Shown here in pieces: positions 13,136 through 27,000 of a DNA stretch of 64,000 nucleotides. The notes beneath the pieces are model-generated. The model saw nothing but the letters and a program-made list of their open reading frames with translations, did no database searches and was not told the DNA's origin. The stretch is from Bispira polyomma (taxonomy: Eukaryota): the NCBI GenBank assembly GCA_965649765.1, contig OZ287756.1, positions 7,564,001 through 7,628,000 of the forward strand. The letters run 5' to 3'. Every line of letters starts with the position of its first letter. Position 1 is the first letter of the stretch. A program made the position numbers and the translations under genes.

Positions 13136-14047
13136 CTTCCCACCTGTATGCCCCACACATCTTACCTTACGACCTTGCTATGCCCATGGAATTTAGGATT
13201 GGATTAATGATTCTGCTGTTGCGCTTTAAAAAAATGCCTAGCATTAATAAAGCTCGTTAAAAATTTATCATATTAATAATAATTAATATTGTTAAACGGT
13301 ATAATTTAAAATGCTCACCAGTCCTTTACAAAACATCTACTGACGTTGATTTTGTCTTACTTCTTCCCACGAACCCTAAGACTCTAACATAAGATGTTCA
13401 AATGATACCCATAAACAAATTCGATAATTAGCCCTACATCTCCTGTGTATGGTTATTTGCTGTTATCTTGACAACATCGTGATGATTCTAAATCAGTACA
13501 GGAATTGCTAAAGCAAATGACAGGGGCATCTGTTCCAATGAAGTGTTCATAACCGTAATAAGCAATGGGATTACCAAAAAATGGCTTTGTTTGTTGGGCT
13601 TGGCTGTGGTTATAAATTCTATGTCTAGAACTAAAATGCTTGCCACCATGTGAACAATCCCTGGGAAAAAAAATCTTCAATTTTCTGCAGAACTTTGTCG
13701 TATTGGACAGTTTTCAATAAAAACTCTCTTGATACTTTTACCGATAAAAATGTTTTGCATAAAATTGTGTTACATCTTTCACCATTATTAGCTATATGCT
13801 GTACAAAATAGCATTCCTACATATATATGAGGTCAATTTATTTAGGTGTGAATATGTTATTATTGAATGCATTTATGTATTGTTTGATACAAAATCAAAA
13901 CTAAACTTGGTAGAACCTAAATGTGGTTATTGATTTACTTCACGTCAACAGCATCTGCTAGCTGCGGTCACTGTAGAAATTGTCTGTGCTAGCCAACCGT
14001 GCCAATTTCTAGCAAGAATAAATTCTGAACCAATAGAGTTAATTGCT

Positions 14048-14250
14048 TTTAAACAGCTCACGGGATATCATGACGGCCAGATTTAAAGGTGCAAGGAGTC
14101 AGTGCTAAAGAACTGTAATCCACAGACCTACATTAAGTACCTGACAAACTTTCCTTCATGAAGGAACGAACAGGAGATAAAACCACATTGGTGAGAGGTC
14201 AGTTTTTGTGAGTCAAACAGTGCTTCTAACCACTAGGCCACTGAAACCCT
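14048..14250 (-). mobile_element. tRNA-derived SINE copy
   Basis: Minus strand reads GTGGCCTAGTGGTTAGAAGC (A box) followed by a body shared with the copies at 15535, 37284 and 57232. Confidence 0.65.
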
Positions 14251-15206
14251 TCATTCGCTTCATGTTCAATATGGTCATTTGAGCGAGGAGGTTTTGTTGA
14301 CACCCCTGGTGAATACAATCACTTGCTTTCAATTTTGAAAATAGGTTGATCAAAAGAGTACTTGTTGCCTCCTTCTGGAAAGTATATCAGCTGCATATAC
14401 AAAATTATATTCCAATATAGTGGTGGAGTCCATTAACTTTTGTAATGGATCGGGGTAGAAATTTTATTTATCACTGTGGTGTTTTGAGAAGGCACACACT
14501 GTAATGGGTGTCATTCTAATGTAATGTAATAATATGAAAACTTTGGCCGGGAACAGGTTTTTTATTCATTTTTTAATTTTTGTCGCAAACCCTATTTTTT
14601 TAATATTTTTTCCATATTTTTTTATTGAATTATTGCCTTAAAGAGGGGACCGTTTACACACATTGATAATAACAAATTTAGAATTTGGAAGTCGGCACGA
14701 GTTCGAGAAAATTTAATTTCTTATGACATAATATAATTAAGGAAATACAGGAGCATCCTTTGAAGAATATTAGAATTCTACGGGGTGGGTTAAACAAATT
14801 CTCATCCTGCATCTTTGCTGAGCAAATCAACATATGTCCTTTATTTCCCATTTTCTATTTGATCTGAAAGGTTTTTTTTAACTTTATTTTCTGTACATAA
14901 TGGTAAAAATACCAACATAATATCATTATCTTACTGATATCATTATCCTACTCATTGTTGTATTTCACAATACAAATTAATCCATTTGCTTAAATTGTAA
15001 ATTGTTTTTGAGGAAAACACCCTTTTTGTAGTAGAGAGAAAGATCTGTTGAGTTGAAAAGACTTTCTAGTTAACAAATAAGAGCTTTACACTGTTGATAA
15101 ATAGCACTGTCTTTTGGACGGTACCATTTATCAACAATGTGAAGCTATTTTGGTGTGAGGCGTTTTTTGTAAATGATGAACTCTGTAGCAAACTTGAGAG
15201 TGAGTA

Positions 15207-15474
15207 CAGGGGAGTAGCCAGGATATTTCATCTGGTACTCCCAAATTAAACCAATATATTGGGTTATTTTTTTGTCTTACCCAAAATTAAATTCGTGGGG
15301 GGTGTATCTACATAATATTTTGGTTTACTTGAGGAGTACTAAATTTTTAATTTAACAACAGGAATCAATGATACTGCTAAAACAAACAGAATAAAAAAAA
15401 GTTTAAGTTTTTTTTTTCTTGTAATTAAATTGGTACGCCTGGGCATACTGGCGTTAATGGTAGCTACGCCCCTG
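15207..15474. mobile_element. MITE with 12-bp terminal inverted repeats
   Basis: CAGGGGAGTAGC ... GCTACGCCCCTG (one mismatch), with an AT-rich non-coding interior. Confidence 0.65.
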
Positions 15475-15534
15475 GAGTCTTCCTTGAGCCTAATTATCTG
15501 TATTTATAGAGTCCATTTCCTTCTGTTCTTAGGA

Positions 15535-15720
15535 GTCAAGGTGGGGAAGTGGTTAGAAGCACCTGCTTCACAATTACTAGCCTCTGACTAGCATGGGTTC
15601 AAAACTTTGTGTGGGAAAATGTGCCAGGTACCTGTTGTAGGTCAGTTGTTTACAGTGATCCAGCACCTGTTTCTTCCACCATTGAATCTGGCAGCATTCC
15701 CTTTTCGCAAAAAGGAACAC
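15535..15720 (+). mobile_element. tRNA-derived SINE copy
   Basis: AGTGGTTAGAAGC A-box-like head, GGGTTCAAA B-box-like motif and the conserved core TTTCTTCCACCATTGAATCTGGC. Confidence 0.65.
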
Positions 15721-15759
15721 ACCCAGTGTAGGGCCAGATTTTTTCTCCCCTTTTTTTTC

Positions 15760-15828
15760 TTGGGGGGTGTGGATTTGGCAAGGGGGGTGCCATATTTTCA
15801 CCCCCCTTGCCAAATTTTTACCCCCCAA
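15760..15828. repeat. Near-perfect palindrome (~30-bp arms)
   Basis: TTGGGGGGT..ATTTGGCAAGGGGGGTG-ccatatttt-CACCCCCCTTGCCAAAT..ACCCCCCAA. Confidence 0.85.
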
Positions 15829-16189
15829 ATCATAATGGCTATATGGGCATGAGACAAACTCTTAGAGATCAGGTAACACTTTGGTACATAGGTTTTCATT
15901 TGTATATGATTGCAAATTCATTTAGGTAGTGAGGTAGGTATTTTTTTAACAGCTTTGAGAGTTATTTTAATGTAATTAGTTTGGTTAAAATATTAACAAC
16001 AACACTACTTTCATTGAATTATGAATGTTTTTTTAAATGATTTTTATCTCTTTCCCATTTTTGTACAGACAAATATAAATTTCCTTGGTTACATTACCAA
16101 TACAATAACATATATTTACATAGGAAATCCAAGTAATTCATCTATCTATTTACATGTAGAATACACATACATAAATCTTTGAAGTTAAC

Positions 16190-16600
16190 TAGGTTACTAG
16201 ACAATTGGCTTCTCATTGTGGTATACACCACAAACTGAATTGATCACTTATTAACTGAATGTGGCTTCTCATAGTACAAGTCATCACTACTTTGATTACT
16301 TGACTGTTTGATTAACTGGATTAATAGATGATTGAATGTAGCTTCTCACTGTGGTATACACCAACACAAAGTTGAATTGATAAATTTATCACTTGATACC
16401 TGAATGTGGCTTCTCATAGTGCAAGTCATGAGTACCTTGATTACTTGATTGTTTGATTTACTGGATTACTTGATGATTGAAAGTGGCTTCTCGTCAGTAC
16501 TTTGATCACTTGATTACTTGATTGTAAGTGACTTCACATTATATAGTCACCAGCATTAAGCTTACCTGATTACTTCAATAAATGTGGCTTCTCATAGTGT
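16190..16600. repeat. Degenerate tandem repeat
   Basis: Recurrent GTGGCTTCTCA(T/C) and GATTACTTGA modules at irregular spacing. Confidence 0.7.
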
Positions 16601-18301
16601 GATATATGTATTTTTATGGTAACTTCAGAAAATACCCTTTGAACTTATCTTAATAGTGGCTTCTTACTTTTAAAAAGTAAAATTAGACACATAGCTTCCC
16701 TTAAAAACTGGATGTATGTAGTGGTTTTTATAATAATAATAGGACATGACTTGTGTTGCCAGTTGTTACATCTATTAATCATGTTAATACCTCTCAAGCT
16801 TGTGGTGTTTTCTGATTACTTAATCCCACAAGTTGATCCAGAATATATTGTAAACATGGATGTTAAAATTTTGTTATTGGACTCTGTTTGCCATGTAAAA
16901 ATGGATCCCCTGTAGATCCACATGCCCATTGGATCGGCCTATGTATTCATGATGTCAGACATGGATATTATGTTGTGTACTACTGATTGCACCAGCACCA
17001 AAAATGGAAATGTATCAGGGCATATCTTTCAATAAAGGTCAACATTTTGTTCTAGTCAATACAGCTAATTATTGGATCAAGTGTAATGTATTATAATGCC
17101 TATTAAATGAGATAAAACATGATGTACAATTTTTATATGTCAATCAAATTTAGTGCACATTTGTATGCCGAGCATCATTAAAGGTATTACGGGGATAAAA
17201 GGGGATAATTAAAAAAGCAACACCATACCTTTACAGAACATCTACTGGAGTTGAAACATTTACTTGTTCTCACAAAAAGCCTTTCTTCGTCACAAAGTAA
17301 CCTTACGAGTCTAAAACAAGATTTGCAAGTCGTCACCATAGACAAATGAGATAATTGCCCCTTCAACCTTAGTGTATTACTATTTACTGTTATCTTGACA
17401 ACATTGTGATGATTTTAAATCAGTGCAAGATTTGCTGAAGCATATGACAGTGACATCTGTCTCATTGAAGTTTCCATAACGATAATAAATAGGCAATGGA
17501 ATTGACAAAATGTTTTTTTTTTGTTGGGCCTGGATGTGACGAGTGTTGATGCTGTTGCACGTAAAATTAATGTGTTCATTTTTGTAGCATTTTCCTATAT
17601 CAAGACTAGCATTCAGGCACTCTTCTTGCTACATATTGTCGCCCAAATTAAAACTTCTCAAACATTAGCTGTAATGTGGCTTCCTAACTTCTTTAATAGT
17701 TTGGTCACATTTGTATTTGTCAATGAAAATTGAATCATCTACTGACATTTGGCTCTTAATGCTCCAAAAACGAACACTTAAAATTTGTACTTATAGAGGT
17801 TCACAAAGAATCAGTCAACCTTCTAGTGTTCCATATTTAACCTACACGTGTCCATGCAATGGTAACCTATTTTAAAGTAAAAGATATACATGTTTTGAAA
17901 ACATGTCAATAGTTAAATGTTAAATAAAATAAATGATATTATTTTGGGGCAGAATGTCACCTTACATTGGGGTAGTACATAATGTACTCATCCATATAAC
18001 ATTCATAAACTCTGGTCCAGAACTAAACTTATGGTAACCTTAATCCATTTCTTTAATTTCTTCCCTTAATTTGCGGTTACCTATTTAACTCTATATATGG
18101 TCACCTTATGCCCCCCCCCCCCCCCCCCCCCCCACTCAAACTAAACTGTATATAGAAAATCCTAGCTTTTTAACAAACCTACTCATCTGAAAAAAACAAT
18201 TTACCGCAATCTTTTACTGTGTTCAATATAGCTAACCTATCAAACTATATGGACTTGACACCGAGGAACTAAGGTATATATAAACCTACATTTTACCCTC
18301 T

Positions 18302-18460
18302 CTGGCCCAATTCACAAATGTCCCGGTGACAATATCAAAAGATCGTGCTTAGTGTTAACTTTGTACTCAAAACTAAGATTAACAGTTGGCACTCTTAAAT
18401 ATTTTAGACATAAATGTTAACCTAAAACTAAGATTAACATCTTTAGTGAGAATGACCCCA
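18302..18460 (-). mobile_element. MITE, same family as 36200-36448, internally deleted and inverted
   Basis: The reverse complement matches 36200-36320 (AACATTTATGTxTAAAATATTTAA...). Termini are GGGGTC/GGCCC-like. Confidence 0.55.
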
Positions 18461-20029
18461 TGTATTTAATAGTTGAGGCCTAAAATTAAAAAAAAAAAAC
18501 ACTAACTCCTCCAGGTTAAGATACCAGGAATTAAATGAACTAATTATTCTACTACTGTGCAAAATATAATTCCTACATATAAGGCTTCTTAATATATTCG
18601 TGTATGTAAAAATGTTATAATTGAATGCGTTGATGTATTGTTTTTACAAAATCAATACTAAACTTGCTAGAAGCTGTCTGTGGTTATTTGCTTAACTTCA
18701 CGTTGAAAGTTTTTGCCATCCAACGATTTACAGTAAACTGACAAACTTTCCCACATGAAGGAAGAAAAAAAAAAGTGTGAATAATTTATACTTGTGATTT
18801 GAGCAAGGTCTCGTTGGTACCCTGGTGGATACAATCACTTGTATCTAATTTTTTGAAGATAGGTTTATCAAAACACTACTGGTTGCCTCCCATAGGAAAG
18901 TATGTCAGTTGCATATACCATGTTATATTCATATATAGTGGAAGAGTCCATTAACTTTGGTAACAGGATCCGGATAGAAAAGCTGATCTATTTTATTTAG
19001 CAATTTGATGTTTTGGAAGAAGTACACTATCCACTGGGTGCCTTTCTAATGTGATGAAGTGGAAACTGTTGCAGCCACTAGTGAACAGGTTTTTTTAATT
19101 CATTTTTTTGTCACGAACCCAACTATATCCTGTTTTTTCCATATCCCTTAATCTCATTATTGTCTTAATGAGGGTGACTGTTTACACACATTTTTGGGGG
19201 GAAAACTTTGAAATGAAACTTCGATGAAATTAAATTTCTTGACATAATTCAATAAAAGAAATACAGGAGCACCATGTGAAAATTATTAGAATTCTACGGT
19301 GTGGGATAGAAAAAATGTAATCCTGCGTCATTTATTTCCCCTTTTCTTTTTTACTTAAAAAGTAGCTTTTTTTTTACTTTATTTTTTATAAAAAAGTTTG
19401 TTCAATTTAACCAGCTCTTTAATCCCAACGAAACTGCATTATATTAATACACTGATCTATCTTCCAAGACACATTCATCTACTTGCTTAAAATTTTAGTT
19501 GGTTGTTAAGGAAACACTCTTTTTCTAGTTGAGAATGATGATCTGTTGAGCTGAGGAGACTTTGACTTTTTAACAAAATTAAGAGTTTTACACTGTTGAT
19601 ACGTGGCTCGGGTCTTTGGGGAAATGCAGCTATTTCTGCTGTGAGGCATTTTTTTGTAAATGAACTTTGTAGAAAACTGGAGATTGATTGACACTTCCCA
19701 TTGTGCAAATGCATACAATTCTTCTTTGTGCCTAATTATTATTATTATGCATTTAAAACATGCTTTATAGATGATCAGCATCTTCTAAAGCGCAACAGCA
19801 GTATCGGTGATCCTATCGTTAAGTCCATGGGCATAGCAAGGTCGTACAGGAATCAACAACTGATTAATGAGAAAGCAATCAGACTGGGTGTTAACCCACC
19901 CCCTAGCATCCGTCAGCAAGGGGCACAACTTCCACCATGTGAAGGGTGCCGTAATATGTGTGCATATGTTATTACATCTTGATAAAGTCCATTTCCTTTT
20001 GTTTTTAAGGGTCGTCGGATTGGATTGGA

Positions 20030-20279
20030 ATTGGGATATTTAACGTCCACTCTAGTACCTGTTTAGGTTATATTGGGACGGGTAGTTGGAAATGCTGGAG
20101 GAAACACTGCATACAGTTGATCAAGATTCTGCACTGAAACCAGCCGCCGGCAGTAAGGAACTACCACCTTTTCCACATAAGCATTGGTGGAAGTCTAACC
20201 CACGCCAGCCGATCCTAGAGGTGAGATACCAGTGATTGTGAAGCACAATGCTTGCTAACCACTGGGCCACAGTGGCCCT
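20030..20279 (-). mobile_element. tRNA-derived SINE (second subfamily)
   Basis: Minus-strand head GGGCCACTGTGGCCCAGTGGTTAGC. Its 3' end is almost identical to the reverse complement of 2152-2205. Confidence 0.7.
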
Positions 20280-23200
20280 AAAGGATCGTTTTCACAAAAA
20301 GAGACCAAAAAAACAAAAACAATGACACATCATTATCAACTTTTTCTGTATGGGAGAGTGTCTTGTGGAAAGATGTGCTATTTTAGTGTTGCTGTGTTAG
20401 ATTAAGATTAACTATGCAGTGCACTTGTGAGAGAAAAAAAAAGAGTTTATTCACATGGAAGTCCCAACAACTGATCTTGTATATTTGCCACTACACACAA
20501 TAGCCAGTATTGTTGCAATCCGACAAATAAGCAGTGTAGAAAAGTGTACTTTGATAAGCAAAATTCCTAAGATTTAAAAAATGGTAATACTTACATATGT
20601 AATCCTGGTAATAAACAAGCAACTTAAAAATAATAAAAACTAAAAACACCACTTACTAACAGCTTTTGATGAAGCTATAACAAAAGTGGCTACACAGCCT
20701 TAAGAAAGATAACCATATTCTGTTTCTGTGATATATACTTGCTTCTACAATTACAAACAAGAATGAGTATTGTCATTATATCTCAGGTTATAACAGATAA
20801 TTAAAGAAGACACGAAATATAAAATAAGGCACATGGTAATCTTATAGTTTAACTAAATCCCCCGACAAAACCATAGTTGTTATGGGTGAGTTTGTGCAGA
20901 GATGACATGCAAACAAGTAGTCTTGTTAGCATTCTTTCTCCACACTAATGAATTTTTTTCTACATTTGATACTATTTAATAGGAAATTTCTTTCAGATTT
21001 GAAGGAACATTTTTCATTCATATTCAACATTTTGGATATGTGTGGCTATATTCGACAGCAAGCAATATTTATATATATATTTAATCAGAAATTGAAGTTT
21101 CCAAAATAAGCCAATAAATGTTTGTAGTATAAATGTATATCTAGCTGTTTTAGATTGCTGAAAATGGTTGAAAATGTTTCTATATTTGATACCAAGAGAT
21201 TACAGGCAAATTTTATATGCTTTCATAATGACCATTAAATTCAGTACAATTACATGCAGTTTTCAAACATCAATCTTCTTTATCACCCAAACAATTATTG
21301 CATGGCCTATGTATTATCTCAATTTATTAGTAGTATTTACATCTATATACCTAATTAGATGATCTGCAGATAAAACATTCATATAACATATTTTCTATGT
21401 GACTGTTTTTCTCATCTGTTCTCACAACAATAACCTAGTGAAATTAACTCAGTTGTTAATTTGGCATGGGGTGATTTTTTTCAAAAAACAACATGTGGAC
21501 TCATAGTAATTTGTTTACGGCTATTCCTTTAGACTGCTTAACAATCACAGTTCTCACACTAATGTGTGTTTGAATCTCAGTGTGTTCCTTCATGTACGTG
21601 AGTTTGTCATATACTTATTGTAGGTCGCCAATTTCTTTCGTCATGATATGACCTAAGATGTTCAAAGCAATGTAAAACCCAACTGTATTTAAATTCTTCC
21701 AGTCAATGCTTTACTTGTATTTATTGCACGAAACCTATTTAGTTAAATCTAAATGGATTTCTAATTTAAATAAAATTGAAATATAATAATATACTTTTCT
21801 GAGAGGCAAAATGGAAATAATCACCATATGTTACAGTATATCTGCATGCAGTAATGATTAGGTCATCCCAAGTGGGTTTAAACATATTATATATGTGAAA
21901 CAAAAACATGCAGGGATCATCTTGGCTTGCTATTATGATCTTACGAAGAAATACAAAAATATAAAAATGCTTTTATAAAGACTAACATTTCAAATATGCT
22001 GCAAAACATCTGTTCTAGGATATACTATTATTTCATTTGGCTTACACATTATGTGTAATAATCTGCAGTATATGGATCATTTTATTCTATTTTAGTTTTT
22101 CATTAGTGACTTTTAACCAATGTGATTAAAACCAGAAAAACCGGTTTTATTTTGTTTTATAAATCCCAAAAGAATTTTTAATTAAATGTAGCAATAGTAT
22201 TACATTTTGAGAACAAAATCAAAATTGTACATCTTTACCAGAGATTAGAATCTCTCTCTCCACATTTAAGTTTATGAATATCTGTTGGTTTAAATCAGCT
22301 TTCCCTAACAATTTAATACAACAAATAAAAATGCACATCAATATGAACATTATGATACAATTATGGCATTTTTTCCGAAAAGGAAAAACACATATATTGA
22401 TCTAGACAGGAAGTAAAGCAAACTCTTATAATGTTGTTCCAGGTTTCCAATTAATAAAACAAGTGCTTTCATCCACAATGGGGTAAATCATGGGATTAAA
22501 CAATGCCACAAAATCTACTATGATCACACAATAACATTATTTATTCTATAGCAATTTCCCTAAAAAAATATTGAATCAATGGCTGTATCTGAGAATATTA
22601 AATATTCCAATATCAGTAAACTCCCCCTCCCACTACTAAGCCCTAGGAAAATTTTACCTGACAAACATATTTTGTCTCTCTGTAATCAGTTTTGCAATTC
22701 ATCACCCTTGCCTATTTGCTGCTACAATTTTTTTCTGTCATTTCTGCATTTTTCTGCATTTTTTTGCATCATAGCTTCGGTTACAACAGATAATTAAAAA
22801 GAAAATGACAAATGAAATGAGGTGCGTGGCAATCTTATTTCTTTGATCAATCCCCCAAAACAAAGCACAAACTGTACATTGTTGAAAGTGCTTTTCGTCA
22901 TTTGGAACTATTTAACAGAAAATCTCTTTCAGATTTGAAAAAAAGATTAACAAATAATTTTAAACATCAGTATGTAAATAAACTATTAGTGATAACATAG
23001 AAATTAAACTAATATCCCCAACTTATCTCCCTTTTTGACTTGTGCTTATAACCTCCTCAAGGTCAATAGGGTGGGCCACTGATGAATATTTTCTTGAAAC
23101 TGCTAATTTATTTTAGATTTAAACATGTTCCATGCATAACTAATTTCAATAGAATCACGATTAATTAGGTTTTCTTCTTTATTTGTTACTTGTAGAATTC

Positions 23201-23308
23201 TTTGCCACACTCATTACTTTATGTTATATTGTGGATATCTGATTCAAGAGCCTGCCTTGTTAATCTTTATTAGAGGTACAGACAATAGACAGTTAGAAAA
23301 TCTGAGAA

Positions 23309-24047
23309 TAGACAAAAAAGTTTGTACTTCACACTTGTGTGGCTGTTCCACGGTCAAGGATGATCCAGAGCAGCCACGATTTTTATGATCTTGGTGGCAC
23401 CCACCTGAAATCTCTGGACCACCTGCTGTGACGGGAAATATGGGGTACGCCAGGGTGATCTTGAAGGACCCAACGATTTAACTGTAATAACCAGGGCCCC
23501 AGGGGGTCCCCCTCCGCGATCGCAAAGATCAGTCTGGGTGACCTCTCCAATTGTAAAGATCAGTCTGGGTGACCTCCCCGATTGTAAAGATCAGTCTGGG
23601 TGACCTCCCCGATCGTGAAGATCAGTCTGGATGACCTCCCTGGCTGTAAAGATCATTCTGGGTAATCTCCTCGCTTGTAAAGATCAGTCTGGGTGACACT
23701 CTGTTTGACTGATCTCTGTTTGTCTAGACTTCTGGGTATAAAAGGTCAGTTTTTTAGATGTTCCAGCCAGTTGAAGATTTCTCTCAAAGAGCAATCTTTA
23801 CAATTGACAATCGAGGAAGCCACCCAGGTTGATTTTAACAATCGGGAAAGCCACCCAGGTTAATCCTAACAATCGGGAAAGCCACCCAGGTTTAGCCTAA
23901 CAATCAGGAAAGCCATCCAGGTTGCTCTTCATAACAATGAGGATTCCATTTTGTTGTTTTAGGGGGGTGGAGGGGAAAATACACCCAGATCAACCTGGGT
24001 GACCAAGCACACATCTGGTCAGATAAATAAGTACAAATATATTTCTA
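23309..24047. mobile_element. Foldback-like non-autonomous element with two opposed 31-bp tandem arrays
   Basis: Six 31-bp units at 23524-23698 and four related reverse-complement 31-bp units at 23807-23925, with imperfect outer inverted repeats TTTGTACTT / AAGTACAAA. Confidence 0.6.
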
Positions 24048-27000
24048 CTATGTAATAAGGCATGAATAAATATAGGTAAATATGTGTCACAAATGATTAC
24101 ATCAAATTGTCTGTAGGTAGATATAATAGTGATCGTCAGACTAACACATGGAGGTTGTATGTTACTCAGACAGGCATATCCACATCATTCAGACATAAAT
24201 AATACATGTTTCATTAAACAGGATACATTAGCAATTCATATCTGATTAATAATTGAAATTTTCAAATTTTATATTGCAATATAGTGCATTTAGAAATAAT
24301 ACCTGGATATATTGATATATCGGTATATTTTGATACCCTTACTCACATGTGCACAAGGGAAAATTCCTTCTTTTTTTTTAGCAAATGAACACTCTTGGTA
24401 CATGACCGGTTACATGTCTGTTGGGAATAGTTCCCATGTTGGTACATTTTTTTTGGTGATTTATGAACTCTGAACAGAACTGGTGTGGGAGGCAAATGGA
24501 AATAACCATCATCCGATATACTATGTCTTGTAACAAGTATTGATAAGTTGACAATCCCAAGTGGGTTTACATATATTGTATTGGTGAGACCCACAAAAAA
24601 TGCGGAGACTCTATATGGAAAGTAATAAAACAAAAAAATTAAAATGCTTTTAGCTGATACACATTTCTAATATGCTGCCAAAACATCTCTTCAAGAAATT
24701 ATTATTCTGTCAGTAACCGGGTCATTTAGAGTGTTTACAGTTTTCCATTAGGAAATATTAAATGATCAAAACCGAGCCCCTTTATGTGTGCTTTAATAGA
24801 TCATGAATTATTTTTTTATTAATTTAATGAAATGGTGAAAATCTGTCCATCTTGAAGTTTGTTAATTTATGTTGGTTAACAAAAGGTTGATTAAATTTAA
24901 AGTATTCCTTTTTTCAATGATATTTTAATATGCATGTGTCTCAGAAGTAGTTAGCACTATCATAGTTGGTTTTAAGGGAAGTTTGCCTGTTTTGCCATTT
25001 TATAAAACAAGATTCGCCAGCATCTTTTGTTTGTCCTGACTATACCCCAAAACTATTGCTAGAAAAAATTAAAATATCCTGTAACAATTACTTAGTTGGT
25101 CAAATATTGCAGTATTAGCCTTTTATCTTGATAAAATTGTGCCCTTAAATTGTAGCTATTTTTTCCATTTAAAGCTATTGTGACATAAATTTTCTTTTTA
25201 TTTTTAACCTTTTAGTTATAAGCTTTACTTTAAATATATTACACAGCTTTTAATAGCAAGAGTGAGATCTACTTCTTAAACAATTTTAATACAAGATGCA
25301 AAAATCTGTTTGTTGATGTTTCACCTTTATTTGACCCTTGGGAATGTCTCTATTAATGGTTTTAACTGACCCTTGGATGTTTGATTTTGTCATTTCATCT
25401 TGTGTACATTTATTCTGTCGGAGCACCTCATTATAACTTGCCATAGCATGTTCCACTGAGACACAAAAAAAAAACAACTAAAATACAAAAGGTTTTGTTT
25501 TTTTCCTGCATATTTTATAAAACATAAATATTGTAGATACTCTTGAAAACATGTTTGCAAACTGGAAAAAACACATGCAAAGAACGTGTGTTCGAGTCCC
25601 ATACTTTAACATGCGAGTACGTCTATTAATCTTATTTACTGAGAAGTACAAGCATAAATCTCGTTACATTATTTGTAATATTTAGGCAGAATTCCATTTT
25701 GCCAAATCTGGACATTATTACTCGTACTCTTACTGTTCCTATACTGGAGTGTGGGTTTTTTGGCGGCTTTTTTTAGTATTCTGTGTTTCCATAACGATTA
25801 ACTATGCAGTAAACTTGATAGAGAAGTAAATAGACTATCATTGAAGCTACAAAAACTGACATCGTCTATTTGTGTTTAGACTAACTATGGAGTAAAACAC
25901 AGTTTCGTTGCATTGAAAGCCAAATAAGTGGCATTGTCTGTTGTGGCACTGCTTACAATAGTAAATGTTGTCTTTATCGCTCGAGGGTTTGGGCTCAAGC
26001 ATATTGGTAAGAACTAATGCAACAATAGCAGCATTGAAGACTTAGGTTGTTATACTAAATTACTAAAAATTGACAATTTTTGTTTTACATCAAATTTCTA
26101 TACAAATTGTTCCAATAATAAACTAAGTTATAACAACTGTCTGACTTTACCTATGGCTCATTTTGATCTCAAATGAATTGATAGAAGGTTTATGTTATGT
26201 TGAAAAAACATGACAAAAAATTAAAACTATGTTGATTACAGGTTATACTGTCTTTAGCTTTAAAGTCACTGTATAGTATACTGTGCTTTAAAACCTAAAT
26301 TATTATTCTGTGGTAAAGTAGAGACAGGTCAGTTTGAGACTAAAAATACTTGTGCCAACCTTATGTAGTAAATTAAGATGAGGAAGTTTAGCTTAGTGAG
26401 GTAACCTAAACATGACTTCAGTGCATCAGTGTATTAATACGTTGATAATCATGATTGTAAATTGTTTTGTAGTGGTAATCTGGTGACAATGTATGTTCAA
26501 ACGAGTCAAATGAAATATCGTTGTTTTAACTTGGTATTTAAGGTAAGTTTACGGTGCAGTACAATCCATTTAGTTCGATTTTTTTTTTTTTTTTGGGGGG
26601 GGGGTTTCACATTCAACATGTGATGGTAGATTTATTGGTAGAGATAACCAGTACCATATAGGAATCTATTGTTGCTGTAAGCACTGACTTCAGGCAAGTT
26701 TATAACATATTTTTCCACATGGAACACAATAATTGGTATACTAATCTACTAGTAACTATACTATGCTCATTCTATTTGTTAATGATGTAACTTACGATGT
26801 GGGACTTAAAGTGCTTTAAAATCGTGTCTGTTGGTTTGTGGACAATTGCATGGCACCTCAGATGGTAATGTTAACTGAAAAATTGGTTAAATAAGAAGGA
26901 TTAGACTCTTTCGGCGAGCATTCAGTTGGATGAACCGCTGCTGTTATCTATGGGAAGGGCAATCCACAAAACTGGTGCCATGTAAAATAATTTTTGGAGG

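Noticed and set aside
15577-15852. Similar ORFs on both strands
   Set aside because: An artefact of the 15760-15828 palindrome next to a SINE.
26489-26548. Alternative first exon for the channel (ATG...AAG|GTAAGT)
   Set aside because: The peptide is not signal-like and ends in phase 0, which is incompatible with the phase-2 acceptor at 28640. It could still be a non-coding exon.
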